A DNA stretch of 64,000 nucleotides from an uncultured Candidatus Saccharibacteria bacterium (GCA_964350735.1 CAYGKO010000001.1:18134-82133), one strand, 5' to 3'; counted from the first letter of the stretch, positions 18,203 through 28,665 are shown. Program-made: numbers and translations. The notes: generated by a model not told the origin, from the sequence alone.

Positions 18203-19897
18203 CTACATTGACTCAGGTGACTTCATTCCCAGTACCCACAGCCCATTCTTCAATGTCTGACGAACACTATCTGCCACCGCCGCCTTATACGGTGCAAACT
18301 CGTCGCTTGGATCGGCGATTTTTTCATGCGCGTAAAACGCATTAAAAGCGCTAGCGAGCTCGGTGAGATAGCCGACTACTTTCTGTGGACCGCGCTCTGC
18401 CAAGGCCTCGGCAATGACTTCAGGGAATTGATAGATCAGCTTCTCGATTACATACGGCTCGGTTGGTGCACTGGCTGTACTCATCACTACTCCAGCTGCT
18501 GCCGCTTTTTCGAGCACTGAACAAATCCGAGCATGTGTGTACTGCAAGTACGGACCACTATCCCCTTCAAATGACAACGCGCGTTCTTTATCAAAAATAA
18601 TATTAGATCCAACACCATGACGCAGAATTTCGTATTTCAGCGCAGCGACCGCTACTTCTTCCACCAGCGCACCGACATTGGTATTCCGACTTTCCTCGGC
18701 GCGCGCTTGCGCAGCGGCTTCCATTTCTTCCAGCAGCGATTCGCCCGTGAGCACATTCCCCTGGCGAGATGACATCTTACCGGTTGTCAGCGTCAAGAAA
18801 CCAGTCGGGATATGCTCAAGCGTTCGGTCACCAATCTGGGGGAACAATTCTTTGAGCGCTGCAAACACCACTTTAAAGTATTCCGCCTGTTCGTTTCCAG
18901 TCACAATAATCGAATGCTCCCAATCAGACTCAGCAGCATCTTTGAGTGTGAAATGTCCCACGTCTTTGGCCTCGTACGTTGGTAGTCCCTTAGAATTCAA
19001 AAACACTCGAGTATGCAAACCTACCTTCTCTCCTTCATACACCACCGCGCCATCACTTTCGACAAAGATACTGCCGATATTCGCACGAACTTTCTCAGCC
19101 CCGGGCGCACTCGCCATTGATTCAGTAATTTCGTGATCAAACTTCGTTCCAAGTCGTAGTAATAATTCATTCAGTCGAGCCTTTGAAGTCGCAATCCCTT
19201 GTTCACGAAGGGCTGACAGTTCAGGATCAGTATTTTCGTATAACGCTTTGTTGATCATCTTAATCTCCTCCGCTTCCGCTCCTCCAGCTTCATACGCAGT
19301 GTTACCGGTTCGGTACGCTTCCCCGAGAGCAGTTATATCATTTGGATCGCCCCCGGTCTTCTGCAGTCCCCACACTCCCTTCGCCACCGTGAGACCAATG
19401 TCAGACGGATAGTTGAACCGCTTTACATCTGCCCCGTTCATTTCAAACAGTCGGGTCGTCGCTTCCCCAATAATATTCCCCACTAAGTTCCCGATGTGCA
19501 GTGGTTTGAAAAGATTCGGACTGGTGTATTCCACTACCACCTTCTTACCAGACCAACTATCATTCCTTCCCCACTGCTCTCCCGCAGTGGATACACTAGT
19601 AAGTTGCTCCGTGAAAAACTCTCGCGTCAGGTGAAAGTTAATAAAGCCCGGACCAGCGACAGACAGTCCTGCTACCCCCGGTATATTTTTTAGTACTGTT
19701 AACAGTACTAATTCTTCGGCTAATTCGCGGGGTTTTTTACCGAGGGTTTTTGCAGCCGATAAGGCGACGTTGGTGGCGTAGTCTCCATGACTCAGCTCGG
19801 CCGGGTGTTCCACCACAAAATTCGCCTCGGCTACACCGAGTTCTTGGAGGGCTGCTGCAATCGCTGCTCTAATAGTTGTTTCCATTCCCGCTACCAT
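18203..19897 (-). CDS. argS: Arginyl-tRNA synthetase
   Basis: FINFHL N-terminal motif, class I HIGH-region variant and GKMSSRQG (the KMSKS analog of ArgRS). 564 aa. Confidence 0.9.
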   Translation of the reverse strand: MVAGMETTIRAAIAAALQELGVAEANFVVEHPAELSHGDYATNVALSAAKTLGKKPRELAEELVLLTVLKNIPGVAGLSVAGPGFINFHLTREFFTEQLTSVSTAGEQWGRNDSWSGKKVVVEYTSPNLFKPLHIGNLVGNIIGEATTRLFEMNGADVKRFNYPSDIGLTVAKGVWGLQKTGGDPNDITALGEAYRTGNTAYEAGGAEAEEIKMINKALYENTDPELSALREQGIATSKARLNELLLRLGTKFDHEITESMASAPGAEKVRANIGSIFVESDGAVVYEGEKVGLHTRVFLNSKGLPTYEAKDVGHFTLKDAAESDWEHSIIVTGNEQAEYFKVVFAALKELFPQIGDRTLEHIPTGFLTLTTGKMSSRQGNVLTGESLLEEMEAAAQARAEESRNTNVGALVEEVAVAALKYEILRHGVGSNIIFDKERALSFEGDSGPYLQYTHARICSVLEKAAAAGVVMSTASAPTEPYVIEKLIYQFPEVIAEALAERGPQKVVGYLTELASAFNAFYAHEKIADPSDEFAPYKAAVADSVRQTLKNGLWVLGMKSPESM

Positions 19898-20134
19898 AGC
19901 AAAAAAGCTTCTTGCTGGCGAGACACTTGTTGGTATTTAGTGTATTCTAAAATAAACTGAACCAATTCTCATATACGATGACCAGAGTCTGATATGTGAA
20001 TGGCTGGTTAGTTTTGAAAGCAGTAATAAAAAATCTCTCCAGGAGTTTTCTGCGCACATTTTCTCAGGAGTAAACGTGAAAATGCCCGTCGCTTAAAGGT
20101 GAGCGTATCACCAACTATAAAGAAGTTCTGGCCT

Positions 20135-20161
20135 GACGCTCTTCGGAGCGTCTTATTTTTA
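20135..20161 (+). terminator. Intrinsic terminator-like hairpin 17 nt upstream of the 20177 start codon
   Basis: gacgctcttcggagcgtc followed by ttattttt. Could be an attenuator or the end of an upstream plus-strand RNA. Confidence 0.4.
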
Positions 20162-20176
20162 TGTTAAGGTGCCCTT

Positions 20177-20497
20177 ATGCCCAAACCCCGCGGAAAAGAA
20201 CATACTACCCTGACCGAAACCGCAGCGCAGGTAGTACGTGAATTAGAAAAAATCCCCGGGATCAAAATGATCGCTCCCGGGGAGATTCGTACCAATGCGC
20301 GCAAGCGCGGCGGCGAGCGCTTCGTGACCGCCACCTACACCCCCGCTGGCTTCGAACTCCTCATCTCCGGCCAGTCTGTCCAGAAAGTCGCCGTGCACAC
20401 TACTAAAAGTGCCCCCATCATATTTAAAACCCTTACCAGCGCCAAACGTATGAAAGAAATTCAGTTTAAAGAACGTACAAGAAAGCCTGGAATTTAA
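20177..20497 (+). CDS. Hypothetical protein
   Basis: 106 aa and basic. No recognisable motif. Confidence 0.35.
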   Translation: MPKPRGKEHTTLTETAAQVVRELEKIPGIKMIAPGEIRTNARKRGGERFVTATYTPAGFELLISGQSVQKVAVHTTKSAPIIFKTLTSAKRMKEIQFKERTRKPGI

Positions 20498-20748
20498 TTA
20501 TTATCCCTAGGTAATGCTGCTTGTTGATTAGTTACAAAGAAATCAACATGACTTTCAAGTTCATCATTAACTGAAAACCCAGAATCGTGCAATAACTTTA
20601 CTGCTTGTGCAACAGTAATCTCATTTTTAATGGCCCTATCTAAAAACTGTCTAACGGAAGTTAATGTGTCGTAGGCTTGCCTCAGATCAGTATACGAAAA
20701 AATCTCCATTGGATCTCCTTTCCTTCTAGGTAACTCAAAGGCTTTCAT
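20494..20748 (-). CDS. Hypothetical protein
   Basis: 84 aa, convergent with and overlapping the 20177 ORF by 4 nt. Confidence 0.3.
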   Translation of the reverse strand: MKAFELPRRKGDPMEIFSYTDLRQAYDTLTSVRQFLDRAIKNEITVAQAVKLLHDSGFSVNDELESHVDFFVTNQQAALPRDNN

Positions 20749-20769
20749 AGGATGTAGTATAACGCACCT

Positions 20770-20903
20770 AAAAGAACGGCGCCTGTAGGCGCCGTTCTTT
20801 TGTGTACTCTCCTTCTTTACTAAAACAAATAGATTTGCTCAAGATACGCGGCGGACAAGAAAAAAGACCCGAGTGCTGCACGTGCAGAGTGAGGGTCTTT
20901 TTT
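20770..20903. terminator. Two strong bidirectional hairpins with flanking A/T runs
   Basis: The hairpins are aaaagaacggcgcctgtaggcgccgttctttt and aaaaaagacccgagtgctgcacgtgcagagtgagggtctttttt. Confidence 0.5.
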
Positions 20904-20995
20904 CGTAGTCCAACAAAGTAGGTTGGGTGAATTATTAAGTCTGGGTCAAGTTTCTAATTCGCTTACGCTCATAAGAACTTCCTCCCCGGCCTCGA

Positions 20996-21076
20996 TTGTT
21001 TTTGTGCTGGGAAACGCACAAAAACATATCTCCGGCTATAAACGCTAGAAAACCATCCACAGGGATGGTTTTCTTT
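20996..21076. terminator. Hairpins downstream of rplB (11-bp stem tgtttttgtgc/gcacaaaaaca; aaaaccatccacagggatggtttt + ctttt)
   Basis: Read directly from the sequence. Lies at the end of the truncated S10-type operon. Confidence 0.5.
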
Positions 21077-21083
21077 TACGCGT

Positions 21084-21932
21084 TTAGCGTCGTTTTCCTA
21101 CCTTTCGGCGAGAAACGATAAGCTTGTTGCTGTACTTCTTCGGTGACCTTGTCTTCTGTCCCTTTCCGGTTGGACGACCTTGCTTGGTGCGAGATCGTTT
21201 GTGTCCTCGAGGAGACTTACCTTCACCACCACCATGCGGGTGGTCAACAGCGTTCTTCGCAGTACCACGAGTCTTCGGCCGAAGTCCCATGTGGCGAGCG
21301 CGTCCCGCTTTACCGATGTTCACCAAACGGTGTTCTTCGTTTGACACTTCACCGATTGACGCCCAACAAGATGAAATAATCTTTCGAATTTCAGTCGAAG
21401 GCATCTTCAGCTGGGTGTAGCCACCATCATGGGCTACTACTTCAGCGTAGTTACCCGCTGAGCGAGCCACGCGTCCACCACCTTCCGGCTTCATTTCGAT
21501 GTTGTACACAAAGGTACCAAGTGGTACTTTCGCGAGCGGCATTCGGTTACCAGTTTTGGCTTTCGCTGTTTCTGACACAATGAATGTATCATCTACCTTC
21601 ATCTTTTGTGGTACCAGCACGTAGCGTCGTTCCCCATCTTTATACAGTACCAAAGCGATGAATCCAGAACGATACGGATCATATTCAATTGATTCGATTT
21701 TTGCTTCAATATCTTTCTTGTCGAACTTGAAGTCCACCATTCGATATTTCCGCTTGTTACCGTTTCCACGGTACCAGTTGGTGATACGTCCCTGACTGTT
21801 ACGTCCACCAGTTGATTTCTTACCTTTGGTAAGCGCTTTCGCTGGCTTACTTCGGTTAGTAGTGAGGTACTTCTTGTATTCGATCACGGTCATCCCACGA
21901 CGGCCCGGACTGGTTGGTTTGAGTTTTTTCAT
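21084..21932 (-). CDS. rplB: 50S ribosomal protein L2
   Basis: 282 aa with conserved L2 C-terminal motifs (GGGxxGK..RS). Confidence 0.9.
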   Translation of the reverse strand: MKKLKPTSPGRRGMTVIEYKKYLTTNRSKPAKALTKGKKSTGGRNSQGRITNWYRGNGNKRKYRMVDFKFDKKDIEAKIESIEYDPYRSGFIALVLYKDGERRYVLVPQKMKVDDTFIVSETAKAKTGNRMPLAKVPLGTFVYNIEMKPEGGGRVARSAGNYAEVVAHDGGYTQLKMPSTEIRKIISSCWASIGEVSNEEHRLVNIGKAGRARHMGLRPKTRGTAKNAVDHPHGGGEGKSPRGHKRSRTKQGRPTGKGQKTRSPKKYSNKLIVSRRKVGKRR

Positions 21933-21934
21933 AC

Positions 21935-22312
21935 CTATACAATTGAGATTGAATCACCACTTTTAAGATATACGTAGGCCTTCTTCATGCCTGATTCCGT
22001 AACTTTTCGACCCTTACTACGTGACATAAATTGTCGAGGTGCTTTATTTACGATGTTCACCTTCACCGGCGTCACTGAGAATAGTTGCTGTACAGCGTCA
22101 CGAACGTCGTACTTAGTTGCGTCCTTTCGAACCACAAATGTGTATACGTTTCGTTCACCCATCTTTACCGCTTTTTCGGTAACTCGAGGTTTGATGATGA
22201 CACCTGAGAGATCTCGGTCTGTTGCAAGCGCAGTAGATTTCACTACTGGTTTCACAGCCTTGTCTCCTTCAGCTTTCTGCTCAGTCTTTTTGCTTCGACT
22301 AAAGAGAGCCAT
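21935..22312 (-). CDS. rplW: 50S ribosomal protein L23
   Basis: 125 aa with an L23 core. Position between rplD and rplB is conserved. Confidence 0.8.
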   Translation of the reverse strand: MALFSRSKKTEQKAEGDKAVKPVVKSTALATDRDLSGVIIKPRVTEKAVKMGERNVYTFVVRKDATKYDVRDAVQQLFSVTPVKVNIVNKAPRQFMSRSKGRKVTESGMKKAYVYLKSGDSISIV

Positions 22313-22314
22313 AA

Positions 22315-23010
22315 TTATTTTTCTGAGGCGGTAGATCCAATACGTGACTCAAGAATCTCAAGAGCCTTTGCTGGTTCTGCCATTACTACATATTTGTAAG
22401 TAAGAAGATCAACTGGGTTGATATCCTTCACTTGAGCAACCACCAGGTTGCCGAAGTTGCGGAAGCTCTTCTCAGTTGCTTCGTTGCGTTCTGAAAGTAC
22501 CACGAGGGCAGCATTCTTTCGCTTGGTTGCCATATCATCGTGCTTGCTGCCCGCTGCGATCGCCTTGATCGCTGCTTTTGCTTCAGCTGTCTTTGGTGAT
22601 GCAAAATTGATTTGATCAATAAAAACAACTTCGCCATCAGCATGCTTCTTAGAAAGTGTTGCCGCTAATGCTTTGGCGCGAACTTTCTTATTGATTTTCT
22701 TGGCGTAGTTACGGTCGTTTCGCGGGCCAAAAGTGACACCTCCCCCAGTCCAGATCGGTGAACGACGAGAACCATGTCGCGCGCGACCAGTTCCCTTCTG
22801 TCGCCATGGCTTTCGTCCACCACCGCGTACTTCACTTCGATCTTTCGTGTGAGCTGTATTAGCTCGGGCGTTACTCTGCATAGAGACCACTACTTCGTGC
22901 ACCAAGTCAGCGTTCCACTTTTCACCGAAAACGGCTTCGGGTAGAGTCAACTTTCCTGATTCTTTTCCTTCGATTGTGAATATTGTTGTTTCCATACGTT
23001 TATACGCCAC
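22315..23010 (-). CDS. rplD: 50S ribosomal protein L4
   Basis: 231 aa, L4 family. Adjacent to rplC. Confidence 0.85.
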   Translation of the reverse strand: MAYKRMETTIFTIEGKESGKLTLPEAVFGEKWNADLVHEVVVSMQSNARANTAHTKDRSEVRGGGRKPWRQKGTGRARHGSRRSPIWTGGGVTFGPRNDRNYAKKINKKVRAKALAATLSKKHADGEVVFIDQINFASPKTAEAKAAIKAIAAGSKHDDMATKRKNAALVVLSERNEATEKSFRNFGNLVVAQVKDINPVDLLTYKYVVMAEPAKALEILESRIGSTASEK

Positions 23011-23620
23011 GAACCTCTACTAATGAACCCCGTCGACCCGGAATTGCGCCTTTGATAAGCAACAGATTGTCTGCTGCATTCACCTGCAAGACTTGTAGGT
23101 TCTTGACCGTTACCCGGTCAGCTCCCATTCGTCCAGCCATTTTCTTTCCTTTAAAAACACGAGCTGGCCCAGTCGCACCGATTGAACCGGCTTTACGACT
23201 TGAGTGCTTTCGTCCGTGAGAGGCTTTGTCTCCTTTGAAGTTGTAGCGCTTAACTACACCTTGGAAACCTTTACCTTTTGAAGTAGCTGACACTACTACA
23301 GTATCGCCAGCTTCAAACACAGATGCATCGAGAGTTTGACCTTTCTCGAAGCCTTCGAGAGTTTCGTCAAAACTAGCGCGTGCGCGGAATTCTTGTACGT
23401 GTGCAAATGCACCGCCAAGATGTCCTTTTTCGGCTTTGTTTACCCGGTGCTCCTTTTGTGAACCAGTTGCCACCTGGACCGCTTGGTAGCCGTCAGAATC
23501 GGTGGTTTTTAGCTGTGTTATCATAGTTGGTTCAACCCGGAGTACCGTTGCTGGATGACACACACCATCGGCGTCAAACACCTGTGTCATGCCATCTTTG
23601 GTTCCTAAAATAAATTTCAT
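23000..23620 (-). CDS. rplC: 50S ribosomal protein L3
   Basis: 206 aa with L3 motifs (GTKDGMTQVF ... GxxKGKGFQG). Confidence 0.9.
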   Translation of the reverse strand: MKFILGTKDGMTQVFDADGVCHPATVLRVEPTMITQLKTTDSDGYQAVQVATGSQKEHRVNKAEKGHLGGAFAHVQEFRARASFDETLEGFEKGQTLDASVFEAGDTVVVSATSKGKGFQGVVKRYNFKGDKASHGRKHSSRKAGSIGATGPARVFKGKKMAGRMGADRVTVKNLQVLQVNAADNLLLIKGAIPGRRGSLVEVRGV

Positions 23621-23665
23621 TTATTTTGAACTATCTAATAATGTTGCTTTTATTAGACCACAAAT

Positions 23666-23726
23666 GAGAAATCGCGCAGTTTTGCTAGCGCGGACAGAAG
23701 TCCGCACGCAAAACCGCGCGATTTCT
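23666..23726 (-). promoter_or_regulatory. Long imperfect hairpin in the rplC 5' leader
   Basis: Arms gagaaatcgcgcagttttgc and gcaaaaccgcgcgatttct (1 mismatch) enclose an inner gcggac/gtccgc stem. Not followed by a T-run on the gene strand. Confidence 0.35.
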
Positions 23727-23821
23727 GCCCATTGGTTCTCATGCAGCAAAGCTGCAATCACCGAACATAGGTCTTTTAAAGCTGGGGGTAGTATACCTAC
23801 ATATTTGCCTTTTGCAAGCTG

Positions 23822-24169
23822 ATGTGGTTTTATACAACAAACGTTCAAACATGGAGTGTTCAAATGAACGAATGGCCAGTTCTTACCGCTGCGGTACTCA
23901 ATCTCATCACCGACAGAGTGTGGCGCTCATCCGACGGATCGGCGTTTACGCCTAATGACGATGGGTTTGATGGGGTCATGAGCATATTCTTCGACGAAGA
24001 CGCTGGATGTGTCTATGCAGTCGATCGAGAAGGGAATCTTTACCGAATGCATTCGAAAGATGCTTTTCAAACCCTAAAAGACCGTCGTATCATGATCGTT
24101 CAGGTCTTTTGGATCCAAACATCTCAAACCAAGACTAAACTTGTCGAAATCGCTGAAGACGTGACATAA
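23822..24169 (+). CDS. Hypothetical protein
   Basis: 115 aa ORF. The alternative start MNEWPVL is at 23864. Confidence 0.3.
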   Translation: MWFYTTNVQTWSVQMNEWPVLTAAVLNLITDRVWRSSDGSAFTPNDDGFDGVMSIFFDEDAGCVYAVDREGNLYRMHSKDAFQTLKDRRIMIVQVFWIQTSQTKTKLVEIAEDVT

Positions 24170-24252
24170 AGTACCATCCGCCTCCCTATGAAACGCCCCT
24201 CGCCGCACCCGCGGCGAGGATGAACGACTCACTACGGTGAGCGTTTTTTGTT

Positions 24253-25092
24253 TTAAAACAGCTTTATATCTTTGGGAATAAACGAAAAGATAATATGTAG
24301 TGCCGTCCAAATAAAGAAGTACGTTTCACTAAAAAAATACTCATGTCCGGGTAAGGTAAATCCATACCACGCAACTGTTGCGATAGCTCCGAGTAGCAGA
24401 TTTACTCCCAACACCCGCTTCGCATACGTCGTACGTGCCGGCCCCTTCCCCCACAGCTTTTGTAAATACTCCACGTACCACAAAAAGTAATGGAACAAAA
24501 TAATACAACCGAGAACCAACATCACCGGCACGACGTCGACAACTAAAATCAGTATCATTGATAGCGTTGCAAGCAAGATACTATACAAAGCAAAATAGTT
24601 GCCCTGACTGCGATGGATACGCAGCCCCGCCAAGGTGATTATAAATGACACTCCAGCCAACACCTGCAGCTTTGTCTCTCCGTACACAAAGCCAGTAGCC
24701 AGCGACGATAACTCCAGAGTAAATAACAGTAGTACGCCATTGAAAATAACCAAGATACTGAACCAGTCTATATACCCCGAAATGAGGGTGACGTCGTCGA
24801 TACAGTTGTGCAGCACAAACAGTGCCCCAGCAAATACAATCCAAAACGTCGGCGAAAACACCTCGAATAAACCTAGCAACATGAAGACAACGACTGCGCT
24901 AAACCAAAGTCTAAAAAAATCAGACCGCCACCACTTCCCCAGCCGTTCAAACGTATACCAGTAGGCCAAGATAAAATGAGCCTGACCGAGAAAGATAATC
25001 AGGACCAGTACGAGTGCGGGTGAAAAAAAACTAACCAAACTAAATGCCAATCCCAGAGAAAACACTCTCGCAAAGAAAGAACCTAGAACCAT
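24253..25092 (-). CDS. Polytopic membrane protein (hypothetical)
   Basis: 279 aa with about 8 hydrophobic helices. Overlaps the upstream UbiA-like gene by 10 nt, so an operon is likely. Confidence 0.4.
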   Translation of the reverse strand: MVLGSFFARVFSLGLAFSLVSFFSPALVLVLIIFLGQAHFILAYWYTFERLGKWWRSDFFRLWFSAVVVFMLLGLFEVFSPTFWIVFAGALFVLHNCIDDVTLISGYIDWFSILVIFNGVLLLFTLELSSLATGFVYGETKLQVLAGVSFIITLAGLRIHRSQGNYFALYSILLATLSMILILVVDVVPVMLVLGCIILFHYFLWYVEYLQKLWGKGPARTTYAKRVLGVNLLLGAIATVAWYGFTLPGHEYFFSETYFFIWTALHIIFSFIPKDIKLF

Positions 25093-25997
25093 GCCCCCAA
25101 AAAGATTATCCCACTCAAGACATAGAGCATCAGATGAAAATGGATCCTCGCACTAGCAGGTTGGAGGAAATATAGATACCCAGCCAATACTCCCGCTACC
25201 GCATAATTTGCCACATGATAGTCGTACGACATCGCTAGCCCGATTGCTACAAATACCAAGCCAATGATCTTGGCTACGGGCACCCCTAGTACGACTGGAA
25301 TAGTATTTACCTTGGATACTCGGTCGCCTGCAACATCACGAATATCCCAAAGTACTTCCCCCGCCAGGTAGAAGAACGCGAAACTCACGAGTGCACCAGC
25401 GAATAAAACAGTGTTTTCGTTTGGGAAGTAAATATACACGCCGAACCAAATCGGTAAGAACATATCAATGTACGCCCAGAAGTTTTTTAAGAAAAATATG
25501 TTCTTCACGCGGTAGTGCTTGTAGACAGGATATGAATACAAGCAGCCAATCCCAATATAAATTAGATACGGAAGCACCGGCATATCTATCACATATAAAA
25601 TCGTGGCTGGGATCACAATCAAAAGTGGTAATAACCGCTTGGCCCATTGGTGCGATGATTCACTCATCATTTCTTGCGGCTGCGAAACAGCGTCTTCTAC
25701 GCGATCAGTGGTTTTGTTATATAAATAAATCCACACCAGCCCGCACATGAAACAAAACCCCACAGTCAGACGGTCATCAATCCCACCCGTTTTCTGACTG
25801 GGCAGGTATTGCCACAAGCTAAATGTCAGAGCGGCGAAGAATACATAGACATCAATCCGATATGACTGCAGCCAGTTTAGATATTTCATTACGAGCAGTA
25901 TACCGGTACCAGGAAAAATAAAAATCTTTACAAACATTGGTTTAGTAACCTGGTACGACCAGTCTATTAGTAAGTAATTTCTTGTCCGCGGCAACAC
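25083..25997 (-). CDS. UbiA-family prenyltransferase
   Basis: Multi-TM protein. The second Asp-rich motif WDIRDVAGDRVSKVNTIPVVLG matches the UbiA DxxDxxxD...TxPV pattern. Confidence 0.55.
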   Translation of the reverse strand: MLPRTRNYLLIDWSYQVTKPMFVKIFIFPGTGILLVMKYLNWLQSYRIDVYVFFAALTFSLWQYLPSQKTGGIDDRLTVGFCFMCGLVWIYLYNKTTDRVEDAVSQPQEMMSESSHQWAKRLLPLLIVIPATILYVIDMPVLPYLIYIGIGCLYSYPVYKHYRVKNIFFLKNFWAYIDMFLPIWFGVYIYFPNENTVLFAGALVSFAFFYLAGEVLWDIRDVAGDRVSKVNTIPVVLGVPVAKIIGLVFVAIGLAMSYDYHVANYAVAGVLAGYLYFLQPASARIHFHLMLYVLSGIIFLGAWF

Positions 25998-26123
25998 AAA
26001 AGACCGACCCCTTTCGGAGTCGGTCTTTTGCTATGGCAAACTTCTACGAGCGCTCTATCACTTAGTTTTACTACCGAGCGACATGAGCGAAGGTAGAAAG
26101 AAGTTGAAGTATGCTTCAGCTCC

Positions 26124-26480
26124 TTACATCATCTTCACGTCGATGTTCACACCAGACGGAAGTGAGAGATTGGTTAAGGCTTCAATGACCTTACCGCTTG
26201 GGTTCATAATGTCGATGACACGCTTATGCATGCGCATTTCGAATTGTTCTCGCGCGTCTTTGTGGACGAACGTTGAACGGTTTACGGTGTACTTCTTGAT
26301 TTCAGTTGGCAACGGGATTGGTCCTACTACGTCGGCATCAAACCGAGCAGCAGTATCAATGATTTGCTTCACTGACTGGTCAAGAATTTTGTGCTCGTAC
26401 GCTCGCACCCGAATGCGGAGCTTCTGGATTTCTCCAGTTGGAGCAACGTCTTTTTTTGATGTAGTTTTTGTTGTAGCCAT
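26124..26480 (-). CDS. rpsJ: 30S ribosomal protein S10
   Basis: Core IRIRLRAYEH..LDQS...I...A....A.V.GPIPLPT matches S10. 118 aa with an N-terminal extension. Confidence 0.9.
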   Translation of the reverse strand: MATTKTTSKKDVAPTGEIQKLRIRVRAYEHKILDQSVKQIIDTAARFDADVVGPIPLPTEIKKYTVNRSTFVHKDAREQFEMRMHKRVIDIMNPSGKVIEALTNLSLPSGVNIDVKMM

Positions 26481-26499
26481 AGTGTGAATGAATTAGTGC

Positions 26500-27693
26500 T
26501 TACGCGACAATTTTAGTGATCACACCAGCACCTACTGTCTTACCTCCTTCACGAATCGCGAAGTTAGTTTGTTCTTCCATAGCAACTGGAGCTACCAACT
26601 TCACTTTGAACGTTGCAGTATCTCCTGGCATTACCATTTCAGTTCCTTCAGCTAGGGTTACGTCTCCAGTTACGTCCGTGGTTCGGATGTAGAACTGTGG
26701 CTTGTACCCTGAGAAGAATGGAGTATGACGTCCACCTTCTTCTTTACCAAGTACGTATACTTCAGCTTCGAACTCAGTGTGTGGAGTTACAGAACCCTTG
26801 GCAGCGAGTACTTGACCTCGGTGTACGTCTTCCTTCTTAGTCCCTCGCAGGAGAATACCAGCGTTGTCTCCAGCTTGCGCTGAGTCGAGCTGCTTGTTGA
26901 ACATTTCAACTCCAGTTACTGTAGTTGTAACGGTATCCTTGATTCCAACGATTTCAATTTCTTCACCTACCTTTACTGACCCTCGTTCTACCCGACCAGT
27001 TACTACTGTACCGCGTCCTTCAATTGAGAAAATGTCCTCAACTGGCATTAGGAATGGCTTATCGAGTTCACGTACTGGCATTGGGAAGTACTCATCCATG
27101 GCTGTAGCTAGTTCGAGGATCTTCTTACCCCAGTCTCCCGCTGGCTCTTCGAGTGCCTTCAACGCTGAACCTTGGATGATTGGAGCATTCTCTCCATCAA
27201 AACCAGCCTTGGTAAGGTCTTCTCGTAGTTCTTCTTCTACCAACATGATCATTTCTTCGTCATCTACCATGTCACATTTGTTGAGGAATACGAGCATTTT
27301 TGGTACTCCTACTTGCTTTGCAAGCAAGATGTGTTCCTTGGTCTGTGGCATCGCACCATCAGTCGCAGCCACCACAAGGATAGCCCCGTCCATTTGGGCA
27401 GCACCAGTAATCATGTTCTTAATGTAGTCGGCGTGACCAGGCGCATCGATGTGCGCGTAGTGTCGGTTGGGAGTCTCGTACTCAGAGTGAGAAAGAGAAA
27501 TTGTAATACCACGCGCCTTTTCTTCTGGCGCCTTATCAATGTCTTCTACTGCTTTAAGGTTTGCAGTGTATCCTTCGCCAGCTTGCGCTAGTACGTTTAG
27601 GATCGCAGCCGTAAGTGTAGTCTTACCGTGGTCAACGTGACCAATAGTACCTACGTTAATGTGCGGCTTTGATCGATCGAATGAATCGGCCAT
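26500..27693 (-). CDS. tuf: Elongation factor Tu
   Basis: Carries [21 protein letters not shown] and NKCD motifs. 397 aa. Confidence 0.95.
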   Translation of the reverse strand: MADSFDRSKPHINVGTIGHVDHGKTTLTAAILNVLAQAGEGYTANLKAVEDIDKAPEEKARGITISLSHSEYETPNRHYAHIDAPGHADYIKNMITGAAQMDGAILVVAATDGAMPQTKEHILLAKQVGVPKMLVFLNKCDMVDDEEMIMLVEEELREDLTKAGFDGENAPIIQGSALKALEEPAGDWGKKILELATAMDEYFPMPVRELDKPFLMPVEDIFSIEGRGTVVTGRVERGSVKVGEEIEIVGIKDTVTTTVTGVEMFNKQLDSAQAGDNAGILLRGTKKEDVHRGQVLAAKGSVTPHTEFEAEVYVLGKEEGGRHTPFFSGYKPQFYIRTTDVTGDVTLAEGTEMVMPGDTATFKVKLVAPVAMEEQTNFAIREGGKTVGAGVITKIVA

Positions 27694-27978
27694 AATCGTA
27701 ATGTAATTACTAAGTATTTATAAGTTACCGCACACGGCTGCTTTTTATATAAAAAAAGCGATACACGAATACAGAGGAGTAACGCCACGAGAACCAGTTT
27801 CGTTACTACTTCGCACACGCGAGTGTGAAAGAGCGATATGAATTGCCCTACCCCAACCATAGGCCGGTGCAGTGGCGAAATAGTACCAGAGCACCCAATT
27901 TTTGCAAGCAAAAGTTAGATACCTGCCCATCCCTCCCCCAGAAACAATCAAACCGCACAATCTCCTTTCGCGTTGCGA

Positions 27979-28665
27979 TTAGATTGCGCGGTGTTTAGGT
28001 AAACCTTCTAGCTTACCCATAGTTCTTGTAGTAAGGCCTGACCACAAAGCGCCGTCAACGAAATGGGAAATTTGCTGCCACTTTGAAATGCTATCAAGTA
28101 AAAAAGGAGTGATCTCTCCCGGAATCAAATCTCCATCACTATCAATCAACAAGTGTACAGACCTTGTCATACAAGGAGCCCAAAGATCTTCGTGCGGTTC
28201 AGCTGTGAGCTTTATTTCTTCAGGCCCAAAAAATTCAGCGATGCTCAATACCGTGCGCAAGTAATCAAAGTCAGATATTCTTAGAATTTCTTTTTCAGGA
28301 TCAACCCACACAAACTCAAGATCAATTTTCATTCCTTCAAATGAAACTTGATCTACACTTATCCATCCGAATCCAAAAACACCTTCTCCTGCGTCTACTC
28401 TCAATGTGATACTTCCTCCCTCTATTTCCATAGTGGGATATACTTCCTGAAGCTCGTCAAGAACGAGACCAAGTGGTGTAATTTTATTCATCTTAGTCTC
28501 CCTTACTAAATTTTGACTCTCTAATCTTGCAGGATACGAGAAAAAAATAAAAAGTAAAGCTACTCCACTCGTGTCACCAATTCCTCTGGCTCGCTGTTTG
28601 TCTCGATATGGAACACTTCGCGCCCCAACACCTGGCCTCGTCCAGTTTCTACTGAACAGCGCCAC
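27979..28665 (-). CDS. Hypothetical protein (probable true start MNKITPLG near 28491)
   Basis: The ORF's upstream part overlaps the preceding gene. No recognisable motif. Confidence 0.3.
   Translation of the reverse strand: MALFSRNWTRPGVGARSVPYRDKQRARGIGDTSGVALLFIFFSYPARLESQNLVRETKMNKITPLGLVLDELQEVYPTMEIEGGSITLRVDAGEGVFGFGWISVDQVSFEGMKIDLEFVWVDPEKEILRISDFDYLRTVLSIAEFFGPEEIKLTAEPHEDLWAPCMTRSVHLLIDSDGDLIPGEITPFLLDSISKWQQISHFVDGALWSGLTTRTMGKLEGLPKHRAI

Noticed and set aside
23621-23863. 80-aa minus-strand ORF upstream of rplC
   Set aside because: It spans the long hairpin leader. The translation is Cys-rich and shows no conserved features, so it is more likely non-coding leader sequence.
27694-27978. 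tRNA genes upstream of tuf (common thr/tyr/gly-tRNA-tufB arrangement)
   Set aside because: No cloverleaf or T-loop consensus found in the 285-bp region.
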